In this document: positions 8,114-16,313 of the stretch, piece after piece | Numbering within the stretch: the stretch's first letter is position 1 | Layout of the letters: every line of letters begins with the position of its first letter | Source: a virus | Taxonomy: Duplodnaviria; Caudoviricetes | DNA: 35,625 nt | IMG/VR virus record: IMGVR_UViG_3300011444_000008 | Coordinates: 1 to 35,625 of that record | Strand: one strand, 5' to 3' | The notes under the pieces: model-generated | The model's input: only the letters and a program-made list of their open reading frames with translations | Told to the model about the DNA's origin: nothing | The model's database searches: none | Position numbers and translations under genes: made by a program

Positions 8114-8448
8114 CACTCTAACCTAATCAATACCGGATTAAAACTATTTGCCGTAAATATGCAGTACCCATTACTATGAGGCACGCAATTATTAATTTTG
8201 TAGCCAGTAGTATTTAACCTTATTCCTGCGTTCGGGAAATTGGTTGTGTTAGTAGTCCGCGTTTTTATGTACAAATCCAAACCAGTTGCCGTATAGTTTT
8301 GGCACGACATTTGCGCCACACCATTAAGACATAAAGTAATTGGTAAAGATAATCCTTTATTTTCGGATTGAACATCGAACAGCAAGCCACCGCAATGCGC
8401 TGCACCAGAACCCAACGCCAATATTGCTGCTAGTAGTTTTATTTTCAT
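8113..8448 (-). CDS. Secreted disulfide-containing protein (moron) resembling the N-terminal domain of Legionella secreted proteins
   Basis: Signal peptide; GLLF..ITLCLNG..SCQNY..AGI..NT.GY..C..NGYC.F pattern; opposite strand to its neighbours. Confidence 0.7.
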   Translation of the reverse strand: MKIKLLAAILALGSGAAHCGGLLFDVQSENKGLSLPITLCLNGVAQMSCQNYTATGLDLYIKTRTTNTTNFPNAGIRLNTTGYKINNCVPHSNGYCIFTANSFNPVLIRLE

Positions 8449-8500
8449 CTATGATTTATCCTTAGTTGATATTTTAATACCGCACCACAAGGATATATCA

Positions 8501-8884
8501 ATGAGCCAAGCATGGGAATGCCCACGTTGCGGTCGAATGAACGCCCCGTTTAATCCTACCTGTTTTTGTGACCCAAATGACGGAGATTATCAGAACTCCG
8601 CGAAAACTCCGCCACCTCCGCAAAGTTCCGAGCATGTAATGGACTCCTTTAATTACCTCATGGGTGGCGAGCCTATACCAGCAACAAAAGAATCAGGAGA
8701 GGAGTTTTTAAAACGAAAGTACGAAGCCGCTAAAAAACTGGCTGAATGGGTGAATAAATTGGATAGAACAAAGGTTTATTTGCCACAATTTCCATGCAGT
8801 ATTTGTGGCGCGAAGCATTGGGCTGGTTTCGATTGCGCCACACTTACTCAAAATACATTGCCACCAAACGGAGAATTTATTTAG
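8501..8884 (+). CDS. Zinc-ribbon protein (WECPRCG..NAP)
   Basis: Cys motifs at both ends. Confidence 0.7.
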   Translation: MSQAWECPRCGRMNAPFNPTCFCDPNDGDYQNSAKTPPPPQSSEHVMDSFNYLMGGEPIPATKESGEEFLKRKYEAAKKLAEWVNKLDRTKVYLPQFPCSICGAKHWAGFDCATLTQNTLPPNGEFI

Positions 8885-8920
8885 AGATAAACGGACTTTC
8901 ACAACAATAAGGAGATTGTA

Positions 8921-9271
8921 ATGAGTATAGAAGCATTGTATTCATGCGTAAGCCACAACCAGCGTAAAATGATTGAAACTCTTATGGAGAACCCAGAGGG
9001 TCTAAGGTCTGATGAACTGGCGGAGATAACGGGTGTTAGCAATAAAAGTGGAACACTAACGCCTGATGTTCGTGAATTGCTCTTAGAGCATGGACTTGAA
9101 TTATCCATCAAGCGCGAAAAGGGAAAGTCTGTATGGGTGTTACGGCAAGTACCCACTGAAATAACGCTAAACCGTAAAAAAATAATCAAGCTACAGCGTG
9201 GCCTTGAGCAAATTATCCAAGGTTGCGAAGCTATTCAGGGACTTTTAGCACATAAAACACAAGGAGTGTAA
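8921..9271 (+). CDS. Winged-helix DNA-binding protein
   Basis: GLRSDELAEITGVS HTH-like segment; AAGGAG SD. Confidence 0.6.
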   Translation: MSIEALYSCVSHNQRKMIETLMENPEGLRSDELAEITGVSNKSGTLTPDVRELLLEHGLELSIKREKGKSVWVLRQVPTEITLNRKKIIKLQRGLEQIIQGCEAIQGLLAHKTQGV

Positions 9272-9272
9272 C

Positions 9273-9881
9273 GTGAGATTACCAAAATCAATTGAAGCGG
9301 AAAAGGCTGTATTGGGCGGATTGTTATTAGACAGTAAGATTTTTGAAGCCATCAGGGAAAAGATTTGCACCGAAGACTTTGCCCAAAAAGAACACCGCTC
9401 TATATACCACGTAATGGGTTTGTTATGGGATGAGCATAAAAGTTTTGAACCAGGGCTAATTGGCATTCGCTTGCAACCACTAGAAGAATATATTTTTTGT
9501 CTTGCCAATGATTGTGCCTCAACCAAAAACATAATGGCCTATGTAGACATAGTGCGCGAGAAGTCAGTACAAAGACAGCTTATTAGTGTTGCGTCCGAAA
9601 TAGCACAAAGTGCGCTGAAACCTGGGCACAAAGATTTCAAAGAAATTTTAGACGAAGCCGAAGCCAAGGTTATGAGTATTGCCGATGATAGCGAAGTTCA
9701 AATATGCCCTGCACAAATGAGGCTAACATTCTTCTTAAGAGACCTTGCCGAAGAAATAGCAGACGCCGACCTTGATGAAGAGTATTTACGTGAGACCATT
9801 GTTGAGGTAAATAAAGCGCTAGTTTGTACGCTAGAACATTTTGAAGAAAATCATTATGAGATTGAACAAGAGGAGTCATGA
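9273..9881 (+). CDS. DnaB N-terminal-domain protein lacking the helicase ATPase domain
   Basis: PKSIEAEKAVLGGLLLD...DF..EHRSIY...STKNIMAYVDIVREKS..RQLI; no Walker motifs. Confidence 0.85.
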   Translation: MRLPKSIEAEKAVLGGLLLDSKIFEAIREKICTEDFAQKEHRSIYHVMGLLWDEHKSFEPGLIGIRLQPLEEYIFCLANDCASTKNIMAYVDIVREKSVQRQLISVASEIAQSALKPGHKDFKEILDEAEAKVMSIADDSEVQICPAQMRLTFFLRDLAEEIADADLDEEYLRETIVEVNKALVCTLEHFEENHYEIEQEES

Positions 9882-10243
9882 GTGGGAATAGTCCATTTTT
9901 TAGAAGTTTTAATTTGTGGGGTTTGCTTAAGCATTCCCCTTTCATCCGCAATGCGACTTGGGTCGTTCGAGGCTGGCCTATTTGGCGGTGGCTTCAATCT
10001 ACTTCTTTATTTAATTTTCCCAGGTTAACCATGACAGATGAATTTTTTACATGCGAAACATGTGACCAAACATTTAAAAAAATAATGTCTGATGAAGAAT
10101 CGCGAGAACAAGACAAGGGTTCACCGTGGTTAATCGAAGGAATGCCTCAAGGCGTTATCTGTGAGGACTGCTTTGCTAAGTTCAAAGTCTGGTTCGCAAC
10201 ACTTACCGAAGAAGACCACAAGCGCTATAGGGGCGAAGCATGA
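9878..10243 (+). CDS. Hypothetical zinc-finger protein (start may be 10031)
   Basis: CETC...CEDC. Confidence 0.6.
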   Translation: MSGNSPFFRSFNLWGLLKHSPFIRNATWVVRGWPIWRWLQSTSLFNFPRLTMTDEFFTCETCDQTFKKIMSDEESREQDKGSPWLIEGMPQGVICEDCFAKFKVWFATLTEEDHKRYRGEA

Positions 10244-10422
10244 CAAAGAGAAGTAAAATAGTAAGTGCTGTATTTATAGTTCTAATTGCGGTCATATTAA
10301 ATATAGATACCCTAATGCATTGGGATATTCATTTTTATGTTTCTCACCTAATACATTGCATTGTAGAAGGAGTAATCATTTTAATGTTCGCCAGGGAATT
10401 AAGGGGCGAAACTTGGATGTAA
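10240..10422 (+). CDS. Small two-TM membrane protein
   Basis: Two hydrophobic stretches; ATGA coupling. Confidence 0.6.
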   Translation: MTKRSKIVSAVFIVLIAVILNIDTLMHWDIHFYVSHLIHCIVEGVIILMFARELRGETWM

Positions 10423-10423
10423 T

Positions 10424-10524
10424 TAAGGTACACCTTATCCATCAGTCAAGAACCAGTCAAGAAAACACCTGTCTTTAATTATTTTTCCCACCTTACTTGA
10501 CAATGTATAATAAGGTGGTATCAT
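10424..10524 (+). promoter_or_regulatory. Sigma70 promoter embedded in inverted and direct repeats (operator or res-like)
   Basis: TTGACA(10497)-16 nt-TATCAT(10519) with an extended TG; CCACCTTA/TAAGGTGG flank the -35; TAAGGT-AC-ACCTTA at 10424; CAGTCAAGAA x2. Confidence 0.65.
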
Positions 10525-10533
10525 ACGTTCCAT

Positions 10534-10684
10534 AGAGTGTCATTTGAGAGGGGAACCGCTAAGAGTTAACCACTCAAGGTAAGTCATGCTGTCACAATAC
10601 TACCGCTTCCTAACGGTGCAGTTTGATAAAAGGTATAGGGGTTGACTTGGGTGGTTCCCAAGTACCCCGCTCAAATGACATTTT
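10534..10684 (+). ncRNA. Structured ncRNA unit 1
   Basis: 15-bp closing stem AGAGTGTCATTTGAG/CTCAAATGACATTTT (2 GU pairs) plus an inner GGGGT..ACTTGGG/CCCAAGT.ACCCC hairpin. Confidence 0.65.
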
Positions 10685-10685
10685 A

Positions 10686-10826
10686 TGGGATTGAAGCCAC
10701 TCGGAAGGGTGGGGCGTACGATACTGGCCGGAGCGCTAAGAATAGGTGGCCTAATTAACCACTGATAAAGAGTGAATGCAGCGTACCTCCTTTTTCTTGC
10801 AGGATAATAACTGCCAATCCCGCCCA
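10686..10826 (+). ncRNA. Structured ncRNA unit 2, acceptor-like stem ending C-CCA
   Basis: TGGGATTG/CAATCCCG; inner CCACTC-GGAA-GGGTGG, GTACG/CGTAC and GCAG/CTGC. Confidence 0.6.
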
Positions 10827-10830
10827 TTAT

Positions 10831-10936
10831 GACAGCAGCGGTGAAAATCCGCACGGGGAAGTGGTAAAAGCGAGACTGCAAAATCCACAAGAGAGCATAC
10901 AAACGACCAGGACACCTGAATGCATTGCTGTCACCA
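10831..10936 (+). ncRNA. Structured ncRNA unit 3, tRNA-like 7-bp acceptor stem plus A-CCA
   Basis: GACAGCA/TGCTGTC-A-CCA; inner GCGG-TGAAAAT-CCGC hairpin. Confidence 0.65.
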
Positions 10937-10960
10937 AATACCAATTTAGGATTTATTAGT

Positions 10961-11179
10961 ATGTTCAAAAAGAAAGTTCCCGAACAGCCCTTAGAATTTA
11001 TCATGCTAGACCAAGAAGATTTTACCTGTCTTGTTCGTGGCGGAGTTTTGCATGTTGGAAATTTAAGAATCGCATTAAAAGATATTGGGTTTCATGTCAT
11101 GGACGAAGCCATCACAAAGGCTGACAACGGCATAGACCATTACAAAGACCACGTTAAGGTAAGGAATTGCATTGTATGA
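10961..11179 (+). CDS. Hypothetical protein
   Basis: ATG 10961 after an AGGA SD. Confidence 0.6.
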   Translation: MFKKKVPEQPLEFIMLDQEDFTCLVRGGVLHVGNLRIALKDIGFHVMDEAITKADNGIDHYKDHVKVRNCIV

Positions 11180-11358
11180 GTGACCAATATTTAGAATATA
11201 CGCCTCACCAATATAATTTAAAGATATGCCCAGGCTGCCTTAAAAATACAGAGCGAGACATATTCCAATTGCCAAAGGGTGAAAAACATAATGGCGGTCG
11301 ATTAATAGAAGCAATAACTTGCCATAAATGCAAAATAATTTATGAGGTGTTCAGTTGA
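11176..11358 (+). CDS. Small zinc-ribbon protein
   Basis: CPGC...CHKC; ATGA coupling. Confidence 0.6.
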   Translation: MSDQYLEYTPHQYNLKICPGCLKNTERDIFQLPKGEKHNGGRLIEAITCHKCKIIYEVFS

Positions 11359-11750
11359 TGAATGAAGTAAAGGTTAAATGGCCTCTCATAGCCAAAGAAT
11401 GGGATAAAACCTATTTCAACTATATTGACCTGGGCAATTACACAATGTTCCGCATGTCCTTATATAGAACTGGGCAGCCAAGATTAGGTTTGTACGTGTC
11501 GGTTGAAGATAAAGGCTCGTTCTTTTTCTCCTTTGAGAATAGGCTGCATAAAGATTACGTGGCTGAGAAACTATTTTTGCAAGGTGACTCAGGGCAAATG
11601 GCTGACTTTCTAAATGCTCAACTTGGAAAAGAGGGTGAGCAACAAGGCCACTATTACGAGCAGGTCATTAAAGACGTTGAGCCATATGGCAAGATTGGAG
11701 AGGGTAAATACATGCCGTGGAGTCCAGAGATAATTAGGGGCGAAGAATGA
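11355..11750 (+). CDS. Hypothetical protein
   Basis: Coupled ORF, GAGG SD. Confidence 0.7.
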   Translation: MMNEVKVKWPLIAKEWDKTYFNYIDLGNYTMFRMSLYRTGQPRLGLYVSVEDKGSFFFSFENRLHKDYVAEKLFLQGDSGQMADFLNAQLGKEGEQQGHYYEQVIKDVEPYGKIGEGKYMPWSPEIIRGEE

Positions 11751-11995
11751 TTGAAACTATTTGTTTGGTGCTTCATTACATTAATGATGCGCTGCGAATT
11801 GCTAACCCTTTTTTATTTTTTGGTGCAACATGCATTTGGATTTCTTTAAAAATGAGAATGGAAAAAGAATTGGGTCGCATGTATTTAAGATGTTTTGCAT
11901 TAGAGAAGCAAATTGATTACCTGGTTAATAACGAAAAAGTAGACGCTGAATTCATTCGCTACATGCAAGGAATACATAATGAATATAAACGATGA
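11747..11995 (+). CDS. Hypothetical membrane protein
   Basis: Coupled ORF with a hydrophobic N-terminal half. Confidence 0.6.
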   Translation: MIETICLVLHYINDALRIANPFLFFGATCIWISLKMRMEKELGRMYLRCFALEKQIDYLVNNEKVDAEFIRYMQGIHNEYKR

Positions 11996-12167
11996 TGACT
12001 TCATAAAAGAGCGGCTTTTGTTAATCCTTGGTTTCGGAACGTCCCTTGTATTGGAGCTTAGAAGGTACGCGCCAAAAGACCGAGATAAAGATATTTTATG
12101 GTTTATCCAGGCTATGGAGAATGTTGTTTACCAGAATAAGCCTTTACCTCCATTCCCAGAGAGATAA
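11979..12167 (+). CDS. Hypothetical protein
   Basis: AAGGA SD, operon context. Confidence 0.6.
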   Translation: MNINDDDFIKERLLLILGFGTSLVLELRRYAPKDRDKDILWFIQAMENVVYQNKPLPPFPER

Positions 12168-12386
12168 ATGAACGACTTCACAAAATCAGAGCTTTCAATT
12201 ATTCATCTTGCAGTCGTTAGAGACATGAATCAATTCGCTCATATATTAAAGACGTCCCCTTCTATGATTGAATTGAGAGACAAATTAGAGGCCATGATTG
12301 ATAACTATTGCGACCATACCGAAGAGTATGAAGACTTTAACTATAGTCCTATGCGCTGTAAAGAGTGCAAGGAGATAACGGGGTAA
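12168..12386 (+). CDS. Hypothetical protein (MNDFTK.EL type)
   Basis: Abuts the previous stop codon. Confidence 0.65.
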   Translation: MNDFTKSELSIIHLAVVRDMNQFAHILKTSPSMIELRDKLEAMIDNYCDHTEEYEDFNYSPMRCKECKEITG

Positions 12387-12388
12387 GA

Positions 12389-12967
12389 ATGAGCCATCAG
12401 TTAATTGGCTATGTACGTGTATCATCACAAGGACAAAATACTGCCAGACAATTACAAGGGATTGAATTAGACATGGAATTTATCGATAAGGTTACAGGAA
12501 GTAATCTTGACCGTGAGAAGCTACAAGAGTGCGTTGCTTATGCGAGAAAAGGCGATACGGTTATTATTGACAGCATAGACCGTTTGGCACGAAACTTGCG
12601 CGACCTTCAAGAAATACTGGAAACCCTTACCAAAAAAGGGGTAATCGTTAAGTTTATTAAGGAAAACCTTACCTTTACGGGCAATGACGATGCAATGTCT
12701 ACCCTCATGCTTCAAATGATGGGCGCGTTTGCTGAATTTGAACGTACAATGATTAAGTCCAGGCAAAAAGAGGGTATAACCCAGGCCAGGCTTGCAGGAA
12801 AGCACCTTGGTCGACCCTTTAAAGTTGACAATAAATTTAGAAAAGTTGTCAAAGACAAGCTAGAAAGTTGTCAATCCATCCGAAGTATTGCCAAGGATAT
12901 GAACGTTTCCAGGGCGACCATATATAAAGTAAAGGAGCAAATTAATGACCAAGGAATGCAAACATGA
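12389..12967 (+). CDS. Small serine recombinase (resolvase/invertase family)
   Basis: GYVRVSS..Q...Q catalytic motif, DRLARN, FAEFER..I..RQ.EG, GRP and C-terminal HTH (VSRATIYK). Confidence 0.95.
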   Translation: MSHQLIGYVRVSSQGQNTARQLQGIELDMEFIDKVTGSNLDREKLQECVAYARKGDTVIIDSIDRLARNLRDLQEILETLTKKGVIVKFIKENLTFTGNDDAMSTLMLQMMGAFAEFERTMIKSRQKEGITQARLAGKHLGRPFKVDNKFRKVVKDKLESCQSIRSIAKDMNVSRATIYKVKEQINDQGMQT

Positions 12968-13133
12968 GTTTCACGCAATCAATCCTTTCCAAAGGATATG
13001 CTGTAATTGTAATAAGGTTGTTAATGTAGCTCATCTTAAAGTAATGTCTGAAAAAGAATTTACAGAGCAGTACACACAAAACCCTAAATGTGGGCCAATT
13101 ATATTTGATGATGCGCCAGACCTTACTAAATGA
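12945..13133 (+). CDS. Hypothetical protein (CxH...CxxC)
   Basis: AAGGAG SD. Confidence 0.55.
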   Translation: MTKECKHEFHAINPFQRICCNCNKVVNVAHLKVMSEKEFTEQYTQNPKCGPIIFDDAPDLTK

Positions 13134-13372
13134 GAGACATAAATAAAATGCGCCTTGGCGTATTACGTGAACTTAAGAATGTTCACAAGTTCCTGGATAA
13201 TATGGAGCGCAGCGTTAAAACCCGTAATCCCGAAGCCATTCAAAGGGCTTATATGTTCCTAGTACACCTTGTTCGTGAAATGAATGAAGGTTGTTTAACC
13301 CCTGACAATGTGGCGCTTGATGTTCAGCTAGCACAGTTGTTGGGTGAAAATCAAGGAAACGGAATCGATTGA
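13130..13372 (+). CDS. Hypothetical protein
   Basis: ATGA coupling. Confidence 0.65.
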   Translation: MRDINKMRLGVLRELKNVHKFLDNMERSVKTRNPEAIQRAYMFLVHLVREMNEGCLTPDNVALDVQLAQLLGENQGNGID

Positions 13373-13407
13373 GTTTTTCCGGAAATTGTAAAAATTAATC
13401 ATTACGC

Positions 13408-13436
13408 TTGCACACGAGATCCCTTTTTCGTACTAT
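13408..13436 (+). promoter_or_regulatory. Sigma70 promoter for the WGR cassette
   Basis: TTGCAC-17 nt-TACTAT. Confidence 0.55.
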
Positions 13437-13460
13437 GCAAATTTTTTAAGCGAGAATACA

Positions 13461-13595
13461 TTGCGTTTTTACGTTGATGGTCATGAGCTGGATGTTCAAG
13501 ACCCAACTTTCTTTATGGACGAAGAGGAATATACAGAAATCAAACAAACTTTAGATGAGATGTTGAGTACCTATGCTGATATACCAGTGGCTTAA
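13461..13595 (+). CDS. Small acidic protein, 44 aa (TTG start)
   Basis: MRFYVDGHELDVQDPTFFMDEEEY...; fills the gap between the promoter and the WGR gene. Confidence 0.4.
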   Translation: MRFYVDGHELDVQDPTFFMDEEEYTEIKQTLDEMLSTYADIPVA

Positions 13596-13800
13596 CCGCG
13601 CAAAAGACCGATTCTATCAAATAACAGTCAAACAAAATGGACTTACTAATATTGTCCTCGATTACCATTGGGGTAGCTGTAATTCAAATCGCGGTGGTGC
13701 TAAAAGCATTTCATTGTGTTCCGAAGAGGAAGCGCAAAAAACGATTGACCAAATGATGAAGAGGCGCAAAAGCCGTGGGTACGAACTTATTGCGCCCTAG
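13573..13800 (+). CDS. WGR-domain protein
   Basis: RFYQI...HWGS....G...EEEA...KRRKSRGY. Confidence 0.75.
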   Translation: MLIYQWLNRAKDRFYQITVKQNGLTNIVLDYHWGSCNSNRGGAKSISLCSEEEAQKTIDQMMKRRKSRGYELIAP

Positions 13801-13803
13801 CAG

Positions 13804-14007
13804 TTAGGCTGCTTCTTGTTCCGATACAGGCTCACTTGCTACTTCTTCGCTTGCTTCTGCTTCTGGTTCAGGATTTAATAATTGATGCAGAAGTTGTTCC
13901 ATTACAGATATTGCGCCCAAGACTTGATGGTAGCTATGCAATGCCTGGTCTCTTCTTTGAATGAAAACAGATAAATCTTTTTTTAATTGCTCAATTGTTA
14001 AGGACAT
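13804..14007 (-). CDS. Small coiled-coil protein after the tail fibre (possible chaperone)
   Basis: Gene position; GGAG SD before ATG 14007. Confidence 0.55.
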   Translation of the reverse strand: MSLTIEQLKKDLSVFIQRRDQALHSYHQVLGAISVMEQLLHQLLNPEPEAEASEEVASEPVSEQEAA

Positions 14008-14030
14008 TAAAACCACTCCGTTAGTTAAAT

Positions 14031-16313
14031 TTAAATATATTCCGTTACAACAATTCCACCCGCAACACCTGCTTTACCAGTATTAGCATTTGACGCAGCA
14101 GAAGCTTGAGAATACACGTAACTTCCACCTCCGCCAACCCCATATCCGCCACCAAAATAATTTGATTGCGCAGAACCAGCAGTGGTTGAGCCTACCGTAG
14201 TAAACAGCCTTGTAAATATTCCCGTGTCATCAGGCATAGACATAAGGTTAGTAGAGTTTTGCGCCAAAGCAACAATAAACAAACTGCTTACACTTGTATT
14301 ACTACTAGAATTTGAACGGCCTCTGATGTTTAAAAGAACCTGTCCTGTCCCTACTGTATTTGATGTGGCCAAGTTTCCTTGAACAAAGTTATTAGCAGTG
14401 GCATTTTGAAGAGCAGAACCTAGGCCACCACCAGCAGTCCAGTTTCCAAAGGTAGTATTACCCCCATTTCCTCCGGCAGTCGGAGTTGATGCTCCGGCAG
14501 TACCAGCAGCGCCAGCACCATATGACAATGACGCCCCTACCTGTGCAGCAGTCATCATGAATTTTAAATAACTTCCTGCTGACCCAGACGCACTAGATGC
14601 AACTGTTCCAGCCGTACAAGATACCCCACCAGACCCACCACCACCACCACACATTTCAACTATAATAAATTTCATGCCTGATGTAGGAGTATAAGTTCCT
14701 GAGCTTGAGGTTAATACTTGAATGTTGCCTGTAGATACACCACTGCTTGTTGGGGTAGCCCATGTGCCGTCACCCCTCCAAAACGTAGAGCTACTTGCTG
14801 ATGTTCCGCTATTTAAATTAGTAACGGGAAGATTCCCTGTGACCCCGTTACTTAAATCAACCTGCGCCCAAGCTGGGTTATTGCTTGTGCCTGTATTTGA
14901 TAGATATCTTGTAGCGCTCGTATTTTTTGCTAAAGCAGTAATTGTATTTGCGGCACTTCCATACAATATATCACCTTGCACAATTGACCCAAGACCAGTT
15001 CCCCCTCGTGTAACACCTAGTGTTCCAGTCCACCCAAGAGTTAATGACACCGCTTGCAGTAATGAAGTTGCAGGTGTGCCACCAAGTGTTACGGTTACGT
15101 TTGTGTCATCAGTTTTGGTTAAAGCAGCCGGAGTTATTCCATTGCTTGGTGTCGCCCATGTTCCGTCACCACGCCAGAACGTAGTTGCTGATGCAGCAGT
15201 TCCGCTGTTTAAATGCGTTACCGCCAAATTTCCAGACACATAGGTCGCAAGGTCGATTGGTGTAGCGTTCCAAGTACCTGTCGTTACAGTTCCAAGGGTA
15301 GTAATAGAGGTTTGACCGACATAGCCCGCATCGATGTCAATTACAGGTGTAGTACCTCCGGTTGAGGTGATGCGATTCAATGTACCAGAAACACTGGTTA
15401 CGGTTCCACCGCTTCCGGCAGGAGTTGCCCAAGTGCCGTCCCCTCTCCAAAAGGTGGTCGCTGATGCGCTCGTGCCACTGTTTAGATGGGTGACTGCAAG
15501 GTTCCCTGAAACGTAGGTTGCCAAATCAATAGGTGTTGCGTTCCAGGTTCCGGTGGTTATGGTTCCAAGCGTTGTTATTGAAGTCTGTCCAACATACGTT
15601 GCTGCTATATCAATCACAGGTGTTGTACCACCCGTTGATGTTATCCGGTTTAAAGTGCCTGAGACACTTGTAACCCCTGTTCCTGCTGGCGTTGCCCACG
15701 TACCATCACCGCGCCAGAATGTTGTAGCACTGGCACTTGTACCAGAGTTCAAATGAGTTACGGCTAAGTTACCACTTACATAAGTGGCTAAGTCTATCGG
15801 TGTGGCGTTCCATGTCCCTGTAGTAATGGTGCCTAATGTAGTGATTGAGCTTTGACCCACGTAGGTTGCAGCAATATCGATGATGGGGTTAATGCCACCT
15901 GTTGAAGTAATTTTGTTTGTCGTACCTGAAACGCTCTTTACGCTTCCGGCATCAAGACCGTCTACGTAATTCTTTATAGATAGCGCTGTTGCTAGATTGG
16001 TTGCTGTAGCTGTGGCCATTGTATTGTCATTGATAATGGCGTTAACAGCGGTTGTTCCCTGGATATTAAATGTTCCAGGTAGATTTAGGGTTGAAGATAG
16101 AGAGAGAACCGGATTTGTAGGGTCTGTATTGTCTACATTAATCTGGTTAGTTGTCCCTACTACGGAATCAACCTGTCCGGCAGTAACTAAGTCTAATACT
16201 TGCTGTATGGTTATTTTTCTCGTGACTGGGCCTGGCAATTGGTCTGCCGGAAATACGTCCGATGGCTGTGCCGATGCCGCTGGTGGCAGTGCAGTAATTT
16301 CTATCCCTGGCAT
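14031..16313 (-). CDS. Tail fibre with three tandem ~85-aa repeats and a C-terminal glycine-rich domain
   Basis: Thr/Gly-rich; repeated [11 protein letters not shown]; [19 protein letters not shown] domain. Confidence 0.8.
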   Translation of the reverse strand: MPGIEITALPPAASAQPSDVFPADQLPGPVTRKITIQQVLDLVTAGQVDSVVGTTNQINVDNTDPTNPVLSLSSTLNLPGTFNIQGTTAVNAIINDNTMATATATNLATALSIKNYVDGLDAGSVKSVSGTTNKITSTGGINPIIDIAATYVGQSSITTLGTITTGTWNATPIDLATYVSGNLAVTHLNSGTSASATTFWRGDGTWATPAGTGVTSVSGTLNRITSTGGTTPVIDIAATYVGQTSITTLGTITTGTWNATPIDLATYVSGNLAVTHLNSGTSASATTFWRGDGTWATPAGSGGTVTSVSGTLNRITSTGGTTPVIDIDAGYVGQTSITTLGTVTTGTWNATPIDLATYVSGNLAVTHLNSGTAASATTFWRGDGTWATPSNGITPAALTKTDDTNVTVTLGGTPATSLLQAVSLTLGWTGTLGVTRGGTGLGSIVQGDILYGSAANTITALAKNTSATRYLSNTGTSNNPAWAQVDLSNGVTGNLPVTNLNSGTSASSSTFWRGDGTWATPTSSGVSTGNIQVLTSSSGTYTPTSGMKFIIVEMCGGGGGSGGVSCTAGTVASSASGSAGSYLKFMMTAAQVGASLSYGAGAAGTAGASTPTAGGNGGNTTFGNWTAGGGLGSALQNATANNFVQGNLATSNTVGTGQVLLNIRGRSNSSSNTSVSSLFIVALAQNSTNLMSMPDDTGIFTRLFTTVGSTTAGSAQSNYFGGGYGVGGGGSYVYSQASAASNANTGKAGVAGGIVVTEYI
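15147..15941 (-). repeat. Three intragenic tandem repeats (period about 267-273 bp)
   Basis: Near-identical amino-acid repeats with divergent codons. Confidence 0.9.

Noticed and set aside
10855-10890. Canonical tRNA-Cys gene
   Set aside because: Anticodon-like and D-like words are present, but there is no downstream GTTC T-arm and no proper cloverleaf; kept only as part of ncRNA unit 3
10600-11004. 134-aa minus-strand ORF
   Set aside because: Antisense to a promoter-driven structured region and overlapping a sense ORF; no protein-like motifs
15147-15941. CRISPR array or DGR template/variable repeats
   Set aside because: The repeats are in-frame coding units differing at synonymous sites rather than specifically at adenines; no reverse transcriptase or cas gene is present
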